Below, piece by piece: positions 25,827-38,642 of a DNA stretch of 64,000 nt. Both the position numbers and the translations under genes were made by a program. Below the pieces are notes generated by a model. It was not told where the DNA came from. It worked only from the letters and a program-made list of their open reading frames with translations, and searched no databases. The stretch is taken from the NCBI GenBank assembly GCA_010093705.1, contig MU006099.1, positions 248,001-312,000 of the forward strand, given 5' to 3'. Source of the DNA: Patellaria atrata CBS 101060 (taxonomy: Eukaryota). How positions within the stretch are numbered: the stretch's first letter is position 1; the number at the start of each line of letters is the position of its first letter.

Positions 25827-26047
25827 TGTAAGGGCTTGTTCACAAGTAATCAAAGATAGAGTCAAAGTAATAGTAACTAGTTAATTAGCTACGAAAGTAA
25901 CACGCAAAGAGTATCAAGATAGATCGTGAGGCACGATCCGACAAGTGGGTTATAATCGTGCCAAGCCACTAGCTGATATCTTATCTGATGATCTACGATC
26001 CTTATGTTCTATATACTTGCTTGTGCCACTAGTCTAGATCCGTGACA
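25827..26047. mobile_element. Putative solo LTR (221 bp) inserted at the edge of a T-rich microsatellite
   Basis: Termini are TGTAAGG...CCGTGACA, and the flanks TTTTT/CTTTT form a near-perfect 5-bp TSD. Its reverse-complement start TGTCACGGATCT resembles the start TGTCACGATCT of the element at 40176. Confidence 0.6.
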
Positions 26048-26048
26048 C

Positions 26049-26338
26049 TTTTTATTTTTTATTTTTTATTTTTTATTTTTTATTTTTTATTTTTTATTTT
26101 TTATTTTTTATTTTTTATTTTTTATTTTTTATTTTTTATTNNNNNNNNNNNNNNNNNNNNNNNNNNNNNNNNNNNNNNNNNNNNNNNNNNNNNNNNNNNN
26201 NNNNNNNNNNNNNNNNNNNNNNNNNNNNNNNNNNNNNNNNTTTTTATTTTTTATTTTTTATTTTTTATTTTTTATTTTTTATTTTTTATTTTTTATTTTT
26301 TATTTTTTATTTTTTATTTTTTATTTTTTATTATTTTT
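26049..26338. repeat. (TTTTTTA)n microsatellite spanning an assembly gap
   Basis: Perfect 7-mer repeats lie on both sides of the N run. Confidence 0.97.
26141..26240. other. Assembly gap (100 N)
   Basis: Run of N. Confidence 1.
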
Positions 26339-27332
26339 AATTCCATTGTATTGTATTATCTACAACACTGCGCATGCAGCCTTCACGCTATGGCGCTACT
26401 CCCTATGTACATAAATCCCTTTTCAGGGCCCTTATATGCTTTGTGAAGTTCTTCAGTAACTTAAACCCACTGATACTTTATATGTAAAGAAAAGTTAGTA
26501 CGTTTAAACTCCATACAAAGGAAATTGTTGGGAAACCATCTTTCTTCCTCTTTACCATCTCTTTTCTATTTCCAGTTCTATGCCATGCGGTACTACTTCT
26601 TTTACTCCTTTCTCTGTCCAGTAACCGGGATTTGCTGCTGCGGTGCGGGAAATTGATGCAGGTACCGCCGCCATACTTGTACAGTTGTACTCGATCCTTT
26701 GACTGTTTTCACTCTCTTTCCAATGTGACGGAATGACTGATGGACATCCTCCACGGGAGTTGTAGACGGGAGTGACATGCTTGCCAACTCAACTCCACCA
26801 GAGAGTTGAAGATGTGCAAGTTGAAGAGCTATCTCGTTTTAGGGATACGCAAAGCTGCAGTATGTACGGTTACGGGTTCGGTAAGGTATGGATAACTAGC
26901 GACTACTTTTAACAGTGTAAAAATACTCCGTACTTTGTATGTTGATCAGCAAAGCTGAAGTGCGCTTGCACGCCTGAAGATGAGTAACTAAAAATAAATA
27001 TTTTACGTTAACATACTGGGCTGTACTACAGGATTGTACAATCTCTTGTAATGAACCTTGTATACAGTTTCAGATGCTACAGTATGTTGGATCCAGTTGG
27101 GAGCTGGGATAGATCAGACGTCACCTTCCGGTTGGACCGACGCGGCACAGATACATTGTGACGGGAGGACAGGACGACTCAGCCATGCTTCGACTTTCTC
27201 ATCGCCAACACACGCGTACTGGACTTGTCATCGCCATTGTTCAAGGGCAACATATTTAATATCCTCGTTCTCCCGGAACGAAGCCTCAAGCTAGATTCTC
27301 TTACGAGTAGCCATTGAGAGCAATTAGTCAGT

Positions 27333-29465
27333 ATGCGCTTACACACATCATTAACCACATTGTTTACCTCCTCTCTTCTCCTTGCGACAGCATCTGGTAT
27401 GTCCTATACCATTATCACCTCGCGAAAAACCGTTAACTAACACCTCCTAGCAAATGTAGAATGTTCTACTGAGCTCAATGCGGCCCTGAAGATATCTGAT
27501 GTCTTGAAACGTGCATCTCCTCAAGCGCCGGATGGATACGCTCCGGCACCAGTAGACTGCCCTTCCACGCGTCCGAGTATAAGAACTGCAGGTCGCTTGT
27601 CGGATCAAGAGTCAGAATGGTTGGATCAACGAAGACCAAAGACAATAACCGCGCTGCGTGATCTCCTAGGCCGATTGGACATAGATGGCTTTGATGCAGA
27701 CTCGTACTTCCAAACCCACTCGAGTAACTCTTCCGATCTTCCCAATATCGGTATTGCTATGTCAGGAGGAGGATATCGCGCTTTAATGAATGGAGCTGGT
27801 GCTGTAGCCGCATTCGACAACCGTACTCCAAATTCCACATCCAAAGGACACCTTGGTGGTCTACTGCAATCAGCTACTTACTTTGCGGGATTGTCTGGCG
27901 GAGGATGGTTAGTGGGCAGCCTTTATTCCAACAATTTTACATCGGTGCAGAGTATCATGGATACAAACCCGGATCATTCTGGCTCCTTGTGGCAGTTCGA
28001 CAATTCGATCCTCGAAGGTACAGTAGAAGATACTCTAACGACGGTTTCGCCCATACTAATCCTGTTTCCTCGTGACCAGGTCCTGATACTGGAGGTATTC
28101 AACTATTTAGCACCGCAGGGTACTATGATGATATCGTAACTGCCGTGAACGACAAAACAGATGCTGGCTTCAACACATCTCTCACCGATTTATGGGGTCG
28201 AGCACTATCCTTCCAACTCATAAATGCTACCCAAGGTGGTCCTGGTATGTATAAACAATCTTCTTCTTCTTCTTCAATCTCATCTCTTACCATTGCCAGC
28301 GTATACTTTCTCCTCCATCGCAGACGACTGGGACTTCAAAACTGGAAATGCACCGATGCCTATCCTTATTGCTAATGGACGTGCACCTGGAGAACGTATT
28401 ATTTCTCTTAACACCACGGTGTATGAGTTCAACCCCTTTGAAATGGGCTCGTGGGATCCAACCGTCTATGGATTTGCTCCAATGAAGTTTGTAGGTTCAA
28501 ACTTTACTGACGGCGAACTCTCAGACAATGAGGATTGTATTGCTGGCTTCGATAACGCTGGCTATATCATGGGGACCTCGTCCACCCTTTTCAATCAATT
28601 CTTGCTCAATCTAGAAGGTTTGGACATCCCAGAGATCTTTAGAGGTGCCATACAGGGCATTCTAGAGGAACTAGATCAAGACTCCAACGATATCGCCGAT
28701 TGGACCCCGAACCCTTTCTTCGGTTTTAATCCCAGTACAAACCCTAATGCCGAAAGCAAGCGTCTAACTCTCGTTGATGGAGGGGAGGACCTACAGAATA
28801 TACCTCTTCATCCTCTTATTCAACCCTATCGTCACGTGGACGTTATCTTCGCCGTAGACTCTTCTGCGGACACCATCGAGCCCGCTGCCCCAAATTGGCC
28901 CAATGGGACTGCACTTGTTGCAACGTTCGCACGTTTGCAAAACGAAACCATGGAAAACGGTACGGTCTTTCCCGCCATACCTGATCAAAATACTTTCGTA
29001 AACTTGGGCCTGAACAATCGACCGACTTTCTTTGGTTGTGATGAAGGCAACCTTACGGGTCCTTCTCCCATAGTTGTCTACATTCCTAATGCACCATACG
29101 TCTTCAAATCTAATGTATCCACCTTCGACTTGAGCACAACGGATGAAGAGCGTAACGCCATAATTCAAAACGGCTATAACGTTGCAACGCAGGGCAATTC
29201 GACTCGTGATGCAGAATGGCCAGCTTGTGTAGGCTGTGCTATCTTAGCTAGGAGTCTTAACCGTACAAACACCGATCTCCCCGAGATGTGTACTCGATGC
29301 TTCGACAGATATTGCTGGGATGGAACTATTAATTCCACCGATCCAAACCCCTACTTTCCGGAGACCATTCTTGCTGAGATTCAGCTCGACGCGGGATTGC
29401 GTAATATGCCATCTTTCTTTGTTGCTGTTGCGGCCTTAGCTGCCGGTTTTATATTGGCCATGTAA
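27333..29465 (+). CDS. PLB1: Secreted/GPI-anchored lysophospholipase (phospholipase B), introns 27397-27450, 28018-28079, 28245-28299
   Basis: Signal peptide and KR site; SGGGYRA (Arg), GLSGG (Ser nucleophile) and LVDGGEDLQNIPL (Asp) motifs; VIFAVDSSAD; hydrophobic C-terminal GPI-like tail. Confidence 0.96.
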
Positions 29466-29800
29466 TGGAATAAAAGGGTATCGATGTTCATGATGCATGA
29501 AGGATGGCGTTTAGGGAGGATGTTCATTTGAAGGAGTTATTCCTGTATTATGGTATACCATGAGTACTAGTGGAACGGACGATTTATCATAATAGTAGAA
29601 TTATGGGCTACAGCATAGTTTGACCCCTATTCTAATCATAAAAAAAAAAGGTACTTGGGATCATTAGCTGCACGTGATGGTGTCGTATCCTAACCTCGAA
29701 ATTCTGTGAAGAAGCGAGAAGTCAAAGACCACAGCTGTAACTGCACAACCGACCCATCCCAACACGGGATTATTCTCTACGTGATTTAGAAAGCTAGAAC

Positions 29801-31522
29801 ATGACGACGCCCGCGCTTGAAGTAGCTCCGGTGCTATCCACACCCGACACGCATATATTTGAAGAGCCAACTCCGCCTATAAATGTCCAGACACTTCCTC
29901 GCCTCTCAGATGAACAGCTGGCTGTCATATACGAGATCGAACGCACCGTTCGTGAGATCCGAGCAGGGAGATGGCGTAGAATAGCCCTACAATTTCCCGA
30001 CCACTTGCTCATCGACGGGCCACGAGTCTTTGAGGCCTTGAGCCGTGGCTTCAAGAATGCGCACAGTGACAACCAAAGCCAACCTTGTCGAGAAGAGAGC
30101 ACAAATCAGGAAACTGTTGAAAATATAACATCCGCACTAGACGGTACAGATATCGCCGAACAAGAGGTACCCCAAGAGAAGTTGTATATACTTGCAGACA
30201 CCTCTTATGGCGCATGCTGTGTAGATGAAATCGCAGCGGAGCACGCGGATGCAGATGTAGTAGTACACTATGGTAGATCTTGTCTTTCACCTACTGCAAG
30301 ACTACCTGTAATATACGTCTTCACGAGTATGCCTTTAGAAATAGAGCTCGTTCTCGAAGCCTTCAGAAACATTTATGCGGATAAAACTTCAAAGATAATA
30401 TTGATGGCAGATATACCCTACTCGACATATATACCGGAGATACATCAACGACTAGAGCAAGATGGATATATCAATATATTTGCGACCTCTGTCCTACATG
30501 ATCCTTCCTCACCACTACCGAACAGAACAGTCCCAGAGAACCTAGGTGGCGGGGAAGGCCTTCGGGAGTACCAACTCTTTCACATCTCCTCACCGCCACC
30601 ATCTCTACTCCTGACGCTCTCATCTCGTGTAGATGCAGTTCATATATTCCCGACCGATGAGTCACTCTCCTCACCGAAAGCTATTCTCACCTCATCAGCT
30701 ATGACCTTACGCCGACGATATGCGCTCCTAACATCCCTCAATACCGTCTCTATTTTCGGCATTCTTATCAACACGCTTTCAGTCAAAAATTACCTTCATA
30801 TCGTTGAGCACGTGAAAGCACAGATCGCTGCCGCGGGAAAAAAGAGTTATACCTTCGTCGTGGGCAAGATCAACGCAGCAAAAGTAGCAAATTTCAGTGA
30901 GGTTGGCGGTTGGGTTGTGATAGGATGCTGGGAGAGCAGTCTCATCGAAAGCAAGGATTTTTGGAAACCACTGATTACCCCTTTCGAGTTGGAGCTTGCC
31001 TTGCGGGGTGATGCTCAAAGGGTTTGGACTGGAGAGTGGTCAAGCGATTTCCAGGCAATACTAAAAAGCAAGGAACAGGCAGATGGCGGCTCATATGATC
31101 AGAACGGTCATGGTGAAGCGGATGGTACCGTTGAAGCTGAGTCTGACGACTTAGATACTGATGATGAGGAAGAGTCGGCGCCTCCAGAATTCGATCTACG
31201 AACAGGTAGATACGTCTCTCACACCAGACCTATGCGACCATCAAAAGCAACATCACAACCCCCAAATGGGAAAAGGGATGAGGCAAACACTACATCCGAT
31301 GCGTTGATCAAGCGCGCCAACGGCGACTTGGCTCGGGTAGGCGGTGTGGTTTCGCCCGGCGCTGAATTCCTCCAGTCAAAGAGGACGTGGAGAGGGTTAG
31401 GTAGCGATTTCGAGATCTCCTACGAAGATACCGGGGGTGTTGCAGGAGCGGTGATGGAGGAAGGCAGAAGCGGTATTGCCAGGGGATATGTGGTTGGAGA
31501 TAATAGGTCAACGCGGACGTAG
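29801..31522 (+). CDS. DPH2: Diphthamide biosynthesis protein 2
   Basis: Motifs RIALQFPD, ILADTSYGACCVDEIAAEH, VVHYGRSCLSPT, YTFVVGKINAAKVANF, APPEFDLRTGRY and EEGRSGIARGY. Confidence 0.96.
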   Translation: MTTPALEVAPVLSTPDTHIFEEPTPPINVQTLPRLSDEQLAVIYEIERTVREIRAGRWRRIALQFPDHLLIDGPRVFEALSRGFKNAHSDNQSQPCREESTNQETVENITSALDGTDIAEQEVPQEKLYILADTSYGACCVDEIAAEHADADVVVHYGRSCLSPTARLPVIYVFTSMPLEIELVLEAFRNIYADKTSKIILMADIPYSTYIPEIHQRLEQDGYINIFATSVLHDPSSPLPNRTVPENLGGGEGLREYQLFHISSPPPSLLLTLSSRVDAVHIFPTDESLSSPKAILTSSAMTLRRRYALLTSLNTVSIFGILINTLSVKNYLHIVEHVKAQIAAAGKKSYTFVVGKINAAKVANFSEVGGWVVIGCWESSLIESKDFWKPLITPFELELALRGDAQRVWTGEWSSDFQAILKSKEQADGGSYDQNGHGEADGTVEAESDDLDTDDEEESAPPEFDLRTGRYVSHTRPMRPSKATSQPPNGKRDEANTTSDALIKRANGDLARVGGVVSPGAEFLQSKRTWRGLGSDFEISYEDTGGVAGAVMEEGRSGIARGYVVGDNRSTRT

Positions 31523-31949
31523 AGGTAGTTCTTCAAAGCGCAGCGTGACTTGTGAACTTAGACGCGCTGATAGACAATCTCTCAACCCATTATCATCTTT
31601 TTGGACTTTGGATTCTAGTCAAAGATGTTACATTTGTGCGACTTGATGCTATTTGCCAAGTGAATGCTGACGATCAAGTCAAAGGGCGCATCCAAATCAA
31701 GTGCGTGTACCAGTTGACGTGCCAATCGATCTTCCACCAAGTTTAGGCGGTCCAGCCATCCATCCGCCCAGCAACTTTGCCCGCCCAAGGCAAAAGCACA
31801 CACGATCACCCGCAGATTTCTCGCTTTTCTAATCTTTATTCAATTCTTAAACAGTTACGAGGAGATCTTAACTACCGCATCGGTCAGTAACTATCTCTGA
31901 ATAAAACATTCCCCAAATCCCCCTAAGATCGCCACACCTTTCACACTGC

Positions 31950-34929
31950 ATGACCTTTCGAAAACCGCCGTGTACGCTTCGTCGACAAGATTGCCTCCTC
32001 GGTGCGGATTTGGAGCAGGAGATGAACCTGGACTTGGGTGAGAGGATGACTGGCAAGAGTTCTACTACAAATGAGGAATTATTCTGGGAGCAAGACCAAT
32101 CTTCCAGCTCGCAAGAGCTGCTACTCGGGATATCAGATGGGACAAACTCGCGGAGACGGCTTGCTTCGTTCGAGGACATCATCACATCATACCCGCCGAT
32201 ATTAGAGCGGTTCCTAGCTCAGATACCAACATCAACTCTCCTCGCACTATATAACACGTCGAAGCATTTGCGAACCTTCCTGCAGAACTATCCGCTCGCT
32301 TGGAAGAACCTCTCTTTCCGATTGCCACAACCGGCTCAACCAGCAGGGACACCGGGCAATGAGACACCAGACTCGCGGGATCGGTTATCAAAAGCATATT
32401 CCCTAGATGCCCTGCTCATATTTGTGGTGGTACCGTTTGCGACACGGTTGAAAAGTTTGGATCTGTGCAATACTGCGGTATCGGGGGTAGCGCTAACATC
32501 TAGGGTTCTCCAACCGCGGATAAGTACCATACAACACTTGTCAGTGAGGGGGTGTAAGAATGTCTCCATCAAATACCATATCGTACCTTTCCTAGAGCCG
32601 TATACATTACCGCAAGGGCCATGGGGTTCGTCCAAAGAGTTGGCGCTCAAGAGTCTCTACACTTACCGATGTCGGCATCATCGGCGGCGACCATACTTAC
32701 CTTCCAGTCTTGTGAGGAGAGATTCTGACTCAGAACCCACTCATCAATTAATAGAGATCTGCCACAAACTCGGCATATGGACTGACACGGCCTGGTGTCC
32801 ATCACCTGGACCAAGATGTTTCCGGCGCAAGGACTACTATAGTGGGAGAGCAGCTCCCGGGACAGCAGAAGTGTGGGTCCCATTCGATAGACTATGGCGG
32901 TCGGGGAATCGGATCGGACCTACCGATGAAACTCCCGGGGGCGGACGCTCAGATGGTCGGCTATGGGAGGATGAAGAATCTGGGTTCGACGGCGAGGCGC
33001 TCGGTACATCGACGTTCAGGGGTCAAGGGAAGGATCTACCCGCACACGAGAGAAGGAGTCACAAACTATTCACGGAGAACATCACTTGCACTGATTGTGG
33101 AGATGAGATATTGGAACGATGCGAGCAGTGTAGCGTAAGGATGCACTGCATGGGTTGTCGGAAGACATTGTGCGCGAGCTGTGCGTTCAACCGGCCCATT
33201 CCTAGGAAGCGAGTGAAAACAAGAAACTTTGCCAGCATAGCATTTGGCACCGGTTCGGCCGGAATTACTCTATTCGGTGGGCTCTCGTCGCAAACTCAGT
33301 CAAGCAATAACCGCCAAAATCAAGCGCCGAAGAAGGATAGATTTTGGTGGGCTCCGGGAGCTACAAGGTCCCCAAACTTGATGAACGAGAGCTCGAACCC
33401 TTCTGATGGGAATGATTCTGACGATTCTGATACTGATATTGCAAACGCAAACCCTGTAGGAGCAAATGTCTTACCCCCAAAACTTAACATGCACTGGTGC
33501 TGCTTGGAACCTATCTTCTCCGGCGGAGGCGGTATAGCCTTTATGGGACCAGGTCTCGGTGGAGATGGAGCAGACCGTATACGAGCAGCGCCATTACCGC
33601 GTGGCAAGTACGATGATCCGGCATTCACGTCTCTGCTAAGATCCGCAGAGGCCGTTCGCGGCGTCCATGAGCTCAAGAACGCAGACCTATACGAGCACGT
33701 TCTCGGCCAGGACGTCGACATCTTACCCGAACTACAGAAAGATAGCTTAGATCTACAGACCTCAACATGTCCGCGCAACCTCTGCCAGGATTGCTACCGA
33801 AGCTTCCGATGGAAGGTATCCTGTAAAGCTTGCAAGAAGCCCCTCTGCAAAGAACATGACTTTCGCGGCCTGCGCATCCGGAAGTGCGGATACAGAGATC
33901 TTCACGTGGAGCGCGAATATGTCCTTAGTCATCCCTCGAAACCCGTAGATGACCATCAGATACAGATCCCAGCATTCCGGCCCCTCCAATCAACTCCAGA
34001 ACCCAGCATATCAAACCACGAGCAAGACTATGATCCTCAGGAAGGTCCCTCCTCAAACATGCATCTCAACCCCTCATCCTCAAACCACGACTCCGCTTCC
34101 CAGACCTCCGCCGACACGGACGTACACTCCTTCCTCAATCCGCCAGCTGACATGTCATCATCCGTCTCCTCGCTCCAACCACCGCCAGCACCCTTCGGCG
34201 CCCTCCCCGTCCGCAAACGCGCAGTCTCCCTCTCCGGACTACGTCCTCGCTCCACCTTCTCGTCCTCCTGGCCCAATTCCCCCTCGCTCGCGGCACAGGA
34301 CAGACGGCAAGAGCTCCTCCCCTTACCGGGAAACCCCGGCCATCCGGTCCAATGGAAGGGCTGCGGAAGCTACTTCTGCCAGCAGTTCCGGCCCGTCGGG
34401 GACACGCGACCGCGCTGCGATCTGAGGGGTAACGATTGCGCGGCCTGCAAGGTTTTCGTGTGCGATGTGAGTATCCCCCATTTCCAGTTTTAGGTCTAAA
34501 TCAAACATGTGATGTATTATGGTATTGATCGTGAATAAGGACTGCACCACGAGCCAGATCACCCGCTGCCCCTGCACACCCTGCACCCAGGTCTTCCACT
34601 GCCCGTCTTGCCTCGCGAAGCCGGAGGTCCAGGCCCTCTGCCGCTATGAGGAGGAGAGGCTTAAGAAGATCGCGAAGGAGGAGCAGGAGAGGAGGGTTAG
34701 GGAGAGGGAGACTCAGGCGCTGTTGAGGTCGGATCGGAGTATTGAGCTTGTTGGGGAGTTTTTGGGCGCCTTGTATGGTGGGTTTAGCGAGGAGATGGAG
34801 GAGGAGGAGGAGGAGGTTGATGAAGAAGATGGAGATGGGGAAGCTGATGGGGATGAGGAGGAGGATGGGGAGGCGCTGCTGCAGCAGGTTATTTGGGTTG
34901 ATGGGCCGGTTTACGATCCGCTGGATTAG
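31950..34929 (+). CDS. F-box-like/LRR-like protein with Cys-rich C-terminal region (intron 34467-34539)
   Basis: F-box-like ILERFLAQIPTSTLLALYNTSKHLR...W; LRR-like LKSLDL and IQHLSVRGC; many CxxC pairs; acidic tail. The intron joins VFVCD|DCTT in frame. Confidence 0.82.
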
Positions 34930-35669
34930 GGCGGGATGGTTTCCTCTATGGGTGGCAGGACTGGATTTATGGGCACAGAGTTTACTCGAATTGAGGGGTT
35001 TGCGATTGCGGATGGGTGGAGGTTGTTATTCTGTTAGCAAAGGGGGAAGGGAGGAAGGAAGGATATGCGGTGCATATGCGAGATATAATATCATACCTAG
35101 CCCTGAGGTCATATAATTAATGTATTCTTCGCTCCTGCTCTCGTCGGTTGATTACGTGTGTGGGTTTGTGCCGTGGTTTTCTGGTTCAGAATATACATGG
35201 AGTACTGTACTGTACCCCATAATGTCATATCTGTCATTCCGAGAATGAGCACGGTAAATAAGATGACCATACAACAAGATGACCACGGCCGTAAAATATC
35301 ACGATGGTGATAAAACTACAACCACAAACACATCCCCTTCCCGAGTACTGAGGTGGGCTAAGATCGGACAATGCTTCAGACGCGCGCCCCCTAACGCGTG
35401 CACTATCATATACAACAGCGTATATAGTGCAAGGAACCGGATTACACTAAACGGGGGAACTAAGGAAGGGAGGATCGGACAAGAAAGGGAGATAGGACGA
35501 GAGGTGTGGATGTTTGAGGACGTGGGGCGGGGGAAGACTATACTGGACGCAATGGGAGAATTGAGCGAGATGATGGGATTGCGCCTGCGACTGTATGGGA
35601 GGGATGTATGGGAGGATCGGGGAGTGTAAGGGTGCTGGTGGGATTATGGAGCGATTGAGAAGTGGAGGA

Positions 35670-36570
35670 AGTAGAGTATACGGGTGGACTGTATCGGAGG
35701 ATAGACTGGAGTGGATGAGAGGGGAATCGACTACCCATCGGTCCCTGTACTAGAGTATGACCACAGACGCGAAAGGGGAGTCCGACGTCTAGACATATGC
35801 TGAGAGCCGCTGCAAGGGCGAAAACACGAGCCCCTTCGATGGATTGAGAAGGAACGATTGAGCTTGTGAAGGAAGGGGGGAGCGGCTACCGCGGTATTTG
35901 GACCAATAGACTGGAGGTGAGGAGTGAAGATGTCACCTATATGGAAGGCGCGGATTGTACCTAAGGAGGGTCTATACGGAAGGTCAACTTGTACAAGGCG
36001 TGTGGAGGGAGTAGACTGTACGAAAGGGGTGAATTGTACGAGGTGTGGTAACTATACGGAGTGGGATACCTTAAAGCTGGATCAAAATATAAGACTAGCT
36101 CTCTGTTTAAGATAACGCGTATTTATAAATAGACCAGTGTGCACAAACCAACCTAAGCTGTCTATACTGTACAAGCTGACCTCGGATTGAACGAAACTTA
36201 TCTTTCTGCACATACCGACCTTCCTGTACAGTCTCCCTCTGCACCGTCTACCAAAGGAGCGCACTTTCTTCAGGAGTCCACCAGATAGAATTAATAGGTT
36301 GTACAGAAAAGATCGATTGTACGGAAGGGTGAATTGTACTGCCGGGTTAGTTTGACCGGGAGCGCAGGGTCTTTTGAAGACGCGGTGTATACGTGAGGGA
36401 AAAGTTGTAAAGAAGAGGTGGAGATCATGAGTGTACTGAAGTATACGATAGGAAAGGAGTGTAAGTAGAGGTGAACATTACAATAAGGGTAGAATGGAAG
36501 AGAGGAGGGACTGTACTATACGGGTAAACTATAGGTGACCGGTGAATTGTACGAAGAAGGTGATTGTTGT
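35670..36570. repeat. Degenerate ~18-bp repeat array, consensus about GTGAA(C/T)TGTACGRAGGG
   Basis: Units include GTAGACTGTACGAAAGGG (36011), GTGAATTGTACGAGGTGT (36029), GGTAACTATACGGAGTGG (36047), ATAGGTTGTACAGAAAAG (36294), GTGAATTGTACTGCCGGG (36329) and GTGAATTGTACGAAGAAG (36542). Confidence 0.65.
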
Positions 36571-36651
36571 AGGAGGAGTGGCCCGTGGAATGGTAGCTAT
36601 ATTATTAACGAAGAGTAACATAATTTATAGAGAGATGATACCCTACATAAA

Positions 36652-38076
36652 TCAATGAACAGAAACGTCAATATCTTTCAACGGGACCTCAATATAGGGA
36701 TACCACTGTCTATCCAGCTTACACAACACAGTCTTCAGCAGCCTTCTCGCTCGACCGAGAATAAACCAAGGCGAATGCATAATCTCGACCCTATTCAGGA
36801 GGACACTAAAATGAGCCAGTAGTATCAAAGTACTGGGATGCCATTCCCTTAGCAGACGCATAAACTCCTCGCTCAACCCTATCGGCCACAAGCGTAGGAC
36901 ATCCCAGAACCCAAATTTTTCGCTTAGCGCATCCGCAGCGAGAAATGCCGTGTCCAGGGCTTTTGCTGCGATGTGATATTCCACGACTACTTGCTCAGGC
37001 CACGCTTTCGATGATTCAAGCGGAGGGATGGCCGAGAAGAGCGTGGTCAACAGTGGACCAGTTGCATCCGGCGGTATGGGAAGGGGGCTCTCCCAAGTCA
37101 GGGCAAGAGACTTTACCGGCCCTGCCTCGATTAAGTGCCACACATTAAGCACCATTTCGCAGCCAGCCCGGAGGAAGTATAACCATGTTGGTATCATGGT
37201 TTCGCTGTGGCTGTGAATCAAGAACAAGCTTTCATCCTGGCACTCGGAGGCTAGCGAGTGAATTACTAGAAGATGGGAACAGGAAAATATAGCGTCACAA
37301 TTCTCTGCCGTGGGACTGTTTATAGCGGCTCTGAACAATGGTATCGACTGATCCTGGTGGATACCTGCGCGGAATAAATGTTCCTCCCTCTTGTCACTTT
37401 CCAATTGAGCCATGTGCAATGCAGCACAAGATAGAAGCCCGTGCATAAGAAATGGATGATGGAAAGCAACATTTGTGATAGCGTCCCTATATGTTGCTCT
37501 TGTATCCTGATCGTATGCTATGGTTAAATGCGTAGATGAGATCCAGTGCTTGAGGTAAACAGTATCGAGAGAATCAAGGGATAGCCTGGACAAGCTAAGA
37601 GAACAATCGATTAAACGGTGCATGTACGCTGGAGATGTAAAATATCTCAGATGTATTCCCCTAAAGAAAGTTTGTAGTGGCACTGAGCGCCATCCAGATA
37701 TTTCTGCATTGCATTGGTTATGGATAGCGTTCCAATGGGCTTTCATGCGCTTGATAGTAACACAAAGATGGAAACATCCCTCATGGTTGCAAATGAGACC
37801 ATTCTCGACTGGCAGCTGGGGTACCGGGAAGTCCCGAGTCTGTGGTGCGTCGACATCTGCAGGGTCTCTCAGATTGAATCTCGACGCATATTCGAGATAT
37901 GGTTTCCGCCGAGAGCGTAATATACGATGAATTTCCTTCAGATGCCGAGATATTGCATTCGGTTGAACAGCGTATCCGCATGCCGCGCAGATGAGAACAT
38001 GGTGATTAGGGAGATATTGCAGAAGTTGAGAGGGTTGCGGGTCCGTCGGACATAACGGCTGTCCTGAAGAGACCAT
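36652..38076 (-). CDS. Transcription factor: N-terminal C2H2-like (DUF3505/OrsD-type) fingers plus fungal-specific TF (Upc2-like C-terminal) domain; intronless
   Basis: VLICAACGYAV...ISRHLKEIH and C...GC...MKAHWNAIH...VPLQTFF, followed by YLKHW, HPFLMHGLLSCAALH and ILLAHF. Confidence 0.85.
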   Translation of the reverse strand: MVSSGQPLCPTDPQPSQLLQYLPNHHVLICAACGYAVQPNAISRHLKEIHRILRSRRKPYLEYASRFNLRDPADVDAPQTRDFPVPQLPVENGLICNHEGCFHLCVTIKRMKAHWNAIHNQCNAEISGWRSVPLQTFFRGIHLRYFTSPAYMHRLIDCSLSLSRLSLDSLDTVYLKHWISSTHLTIAYDQDTRATYRDAITNVAFHHPFLMHGLLSCAALHMAQLESDKREEHLFRAGIHQDQSIPLFRAAINSPTAENCDAIFSCSHLLVIHSLASECQDESLFLIHSHSETMIPTWLYFLRAGCEMVLNVWHLIEAGPVKSLALTWESPLPIPPDATGPLLTTLFSAIPPLESSKAWPEQVVVEYHIAAKALDTAFLAADALSEKFGFWDVLRLWPIGLSEEFMRLLREWHPSTLILLAHFSVLLNRVEIMHSPWFILGRARRLLKTVLCKLDRQWYPYIEVPLKDIDVSVH

Positions 38077-38642
38077 CTTCAATGTATTATCAAGGGTGAG
38101 TTTTCAACCATACTGAACGGCACCGTCGCTTTCACCATCTTAAATACGATCAAAATTCCGGTGTCCTTGGCAGATGATGTTGAATCCTAGGTGAGACTGC
38201 GAGATGGGCTTAAAACCGATCGGTTAGCGCTAACTAGACCCGTTTCAGCAAGGCGGCAGAACGGCACCGTCGATTTCCCTCTGCTAGATCTAGGAAAGAC
38301 CACCATCTCTGGATCATGTATTGAAATATCCATGACAATGTCGCTTGACTTGTCAAATCATCCTGCCATGAATGTGAAATCCAGTCTCTAGAGACGAAGG
38401 ACCTCTTCTGCATGATGTGACTAAAATCATCCCGACCGCCACCTTGGCGATTGTATGCCCACTGGGTACACCATTGAGCGGATGTAGCACATTGTCTAAA
38501 TCCGAGTTGGCAACTCGATGGACAAGTCTTCCTGTTAAATAGTCCACTATGGTAAGAATGGATCTCCAGAAGCTAAAATCATATCTCGCAACCAAAAACT
38601 GAAATCGTTTACCTTTTCCTAACCCAACAAACCTACGTTTCC

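Noticed and set aside
26042..26446. 134-aa FFIFYFL-repeat ORF
   Set aside because: It is a translation of the (TTTTTTA)n microsatellite across the N gap.
26350..26800. Possible transposase remnant beside the microsatellite
   Set aside because: Only vaguely protein-like fragments are present, with no diagnostic motif or termini.
35670..36570. CRISPR-like interpretation of the repeat array
   Set aside because: The context is eukaryotic, the repeats are degenerate without unique regular spacers, and there are no cas genes.
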